Assembly: GCA_002633005.1 (NCBI GenBank)
Contig: NMRA01000160.1
Span: 728,591 to 792,590, forward strand
Direction of reading: 5' to 3'
Source of the DNA: Phoronis australis
Taxonomy: Eukaryota > Animalia > Phoronida
DNA length: 64,000 nucleotides
Shown here: piece after piece, positions 62,199 through 64,000 of the stretch
Layout: the number at the start of each line of letters is the position of its first letter
How positions within the stretch are numbered: the first letter of the stretch is position 1
The notes under the pieces: generated by a model
Told to the model about the DNA's origin: nothing
The model's input: the letters and a program-made list of their open reading frames with translations, nothing else
The model's database searches: none
Position numbers and translations under genes: made by a program

Positions 62199-62420
62199 CA
62201 GTGGCGGATCTAGGATGTCACAAGGGGGGGCAACATTTTGTCCGACTGTAAGCATTTGCGCAAACTGAACCACGATTGTAGATGCGCATAGCACCGAATG
62301 GGGGGAGGTCGGAAGGGGGGTTTGCCCCCCTACCGTCCAGGAAATTTTTCTGTTTTTACCTCTAAAAATCAAGCGTTTTCCTTGATTCTTGAAGTATTAT
62401 CCAAGAAAAAAAGGAAAAAA
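62199..62420. mobile_element. MITE (cagtggcggatctagg...) truncating the BEL LTR
   Basis: Terminal motif and gggaggtcggaagggggtttgccccc interior shared with 36271-36450. Confidence 0.65.
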
Positions 62421-63213
62421 AACGGAGAGCGTGTCAAACAGGAAAAACTGCAAGTACCAAAGTCTTGAACTCACGACCTGGCGGATATAGTGCGCGTGTG
62501 TTACCACTACACCACCACGATTTAGCTACATCTCTCATACTAAAAGACCTACTTGTTTATGGTCCACAGCGTTTGCGCGCGAAACCTACTTCTTTTTGTA
62601 ATGCTTATTACACGTTTTATATTTTGTGCCATCAATTCTTAACAAATTTGTCGCATTTAAAATAGTCTTCAAATGCCCAAAAAGACCAAATCCGTTTTTC
62701 GTGTTGGCAATAATGACGGCATTGCTTTGGAAATCGTCTTAAGATAAGGTTTGACAAAGAGAGTATTGCGAGTTTCTGAGTGATTCACTAAGGCTTCGAT
62801 TAAAATTCACATCTTACCAGCAGCTTCTGTTTTTTCATCGTCACTCAGGTTCCATTTTCTTTAAAAAATGAAGTAAATTTTCTTCATTGTACAGTGGAGC
62901 AGACGACAGAAACGGAGTCGTAGTGCGAAGCGCCTCTGCCGGTCGCCTGGGATATCGCGGGAGAGCCTATACTTAACCATAGTTCCGTTACGAATGCGCG
63001 TGTTCCGAATTTGACACTTGAAATTGGATTTGCACTTAAAAACTTCATGAGAATTCATGACAAATTCTGCCCCCCCCCCCCAAACCTAAGTTGCTTTCTT
63101 TTATACTTTAGACAGAGTCAATATGAAAAGACCTCTATTTTATGGGAAAATGTAACATTGTGCGTAACCCTGTTGGCTCTATCTTTTGTTCAGTGTCCTA
63201 GTCAACGGAGCAG

Positions 63214-63320
63214 TGTTGGGCTGGGGTATGATCTATCCTATTATTAATGTTGGGCTGGGATATGATCTATCCTATTATTAATGTTGGGCTGGGATATGAT
63301 CTATCCTAATATTAAGTTGG
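63214..63320. repeat. 34-bp minisatellite, 3 copies
   Basis: tgttgggctgggRtatgatctatcctattattaa at 63214, 63248 and 63282. Confidence 0.95.
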
Positions 63321-63466
63321 CAAGGTATCCATTGTCATCTATGGCAGTTCTTATACCAATTATCTACAATTTGTCCAAAGAGCTATTAAATAAAGACATT
63401 TATTGAATTAATTGTTCCCACAGTGATTAAGGTCTTAGTTATGTTTGGGAAAAGATCAAACAAAAA

Positions 63467-63517
63467 GGTGGTGGTGGTGGTGGTGCGTGTGTGTGCGTGC
63501 GTGCGTGCGTGCGTGTG
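63467..63517. repeat. Compound microsatellite (GGT)n-(GT)n-(GCGT)n
   Basis: Directly visible. Confidence 0.95.
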
Positions 63518-64000
63518 AACACATTAGTTTGTAACATTTAGTATAATATGGCTAGCTAGGCTTCTGGTGCAAACATTATTTGAAAATAGAAAAACTTATT
63601 TTGGAAGTCATTGCTGTGTCATAAATTCAATACCATTTAAAATAAATTTAAATTCAATGCTCGTTTAAAATTGTTCTATTTTAGAAAATCAATCTACACC
63701 TTTGGTATTTGAGCATATACAGATGTAAATATAGTAAATCAAGAGACGGTTAAATCATGGCTATGACTTAGCAGGTCACAAACGTCGCACGCGACGACGA
63801 TTCATGACCCTTAATCTGTCTTCTGATGAACTGATAACTCTTGTTCAAGTCTTTCATCGCTGAGATATCTCTTCGCATTCGACGGTATTCTCCTTTCTGA
63901 GTCACGTGATTAGATTTAAGTTTTCGCATGTGCAAGTATAAAACGCCTCCGAGGGATGCGGAAATATCCGACGAGTTCCGAATGGAAAGTACTTTTACGG

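Overview
AT-rich, transposon-dense animal genomic DNA, probably a marine invertebrate; the species cannot be determined from the sequence. The supplied ORF track is almost all noise because the real gene is spliced. The only intact gene I can reconstruct is a 13-coding-exon hnRNP K orthologue on the + strand (ATG 9186 to TAA 28961, 1230 nt, 409 aa, NLS-KH1-KH2-RGG/FGG linker-KH3). A diverged copy of its last intron end, terminal exon, 3' UTR and downstream flank lies at about 507-1450, suggesting a tandem paralogue just upstream of the window. The rest is nested transposon debris: a CR1/L2-type LINE RT, a Penelope-like RT, two solo LTRs of one family, a deleted BEL/Pao element, a 5.5-kb Academ element, a TIR element family carrying a stand-alone HIRAN domain, THAP and LINE ORF1 remnants, and many MITEs. 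The best leads are: (i) the paralogous terminal-exon module, (ii) a C-rich 164-nt AG-exclusion zone before the frame-shifting 44-nt KH1 exon (candidate autoregulatory AS-NMD switch), (iii) the HIRAN-carrying transposons, and (iv) a spliced P2X7-ballast-like zinc-domain gene split by the Academ insertion. All identities were judged by eye and no database searches were run.
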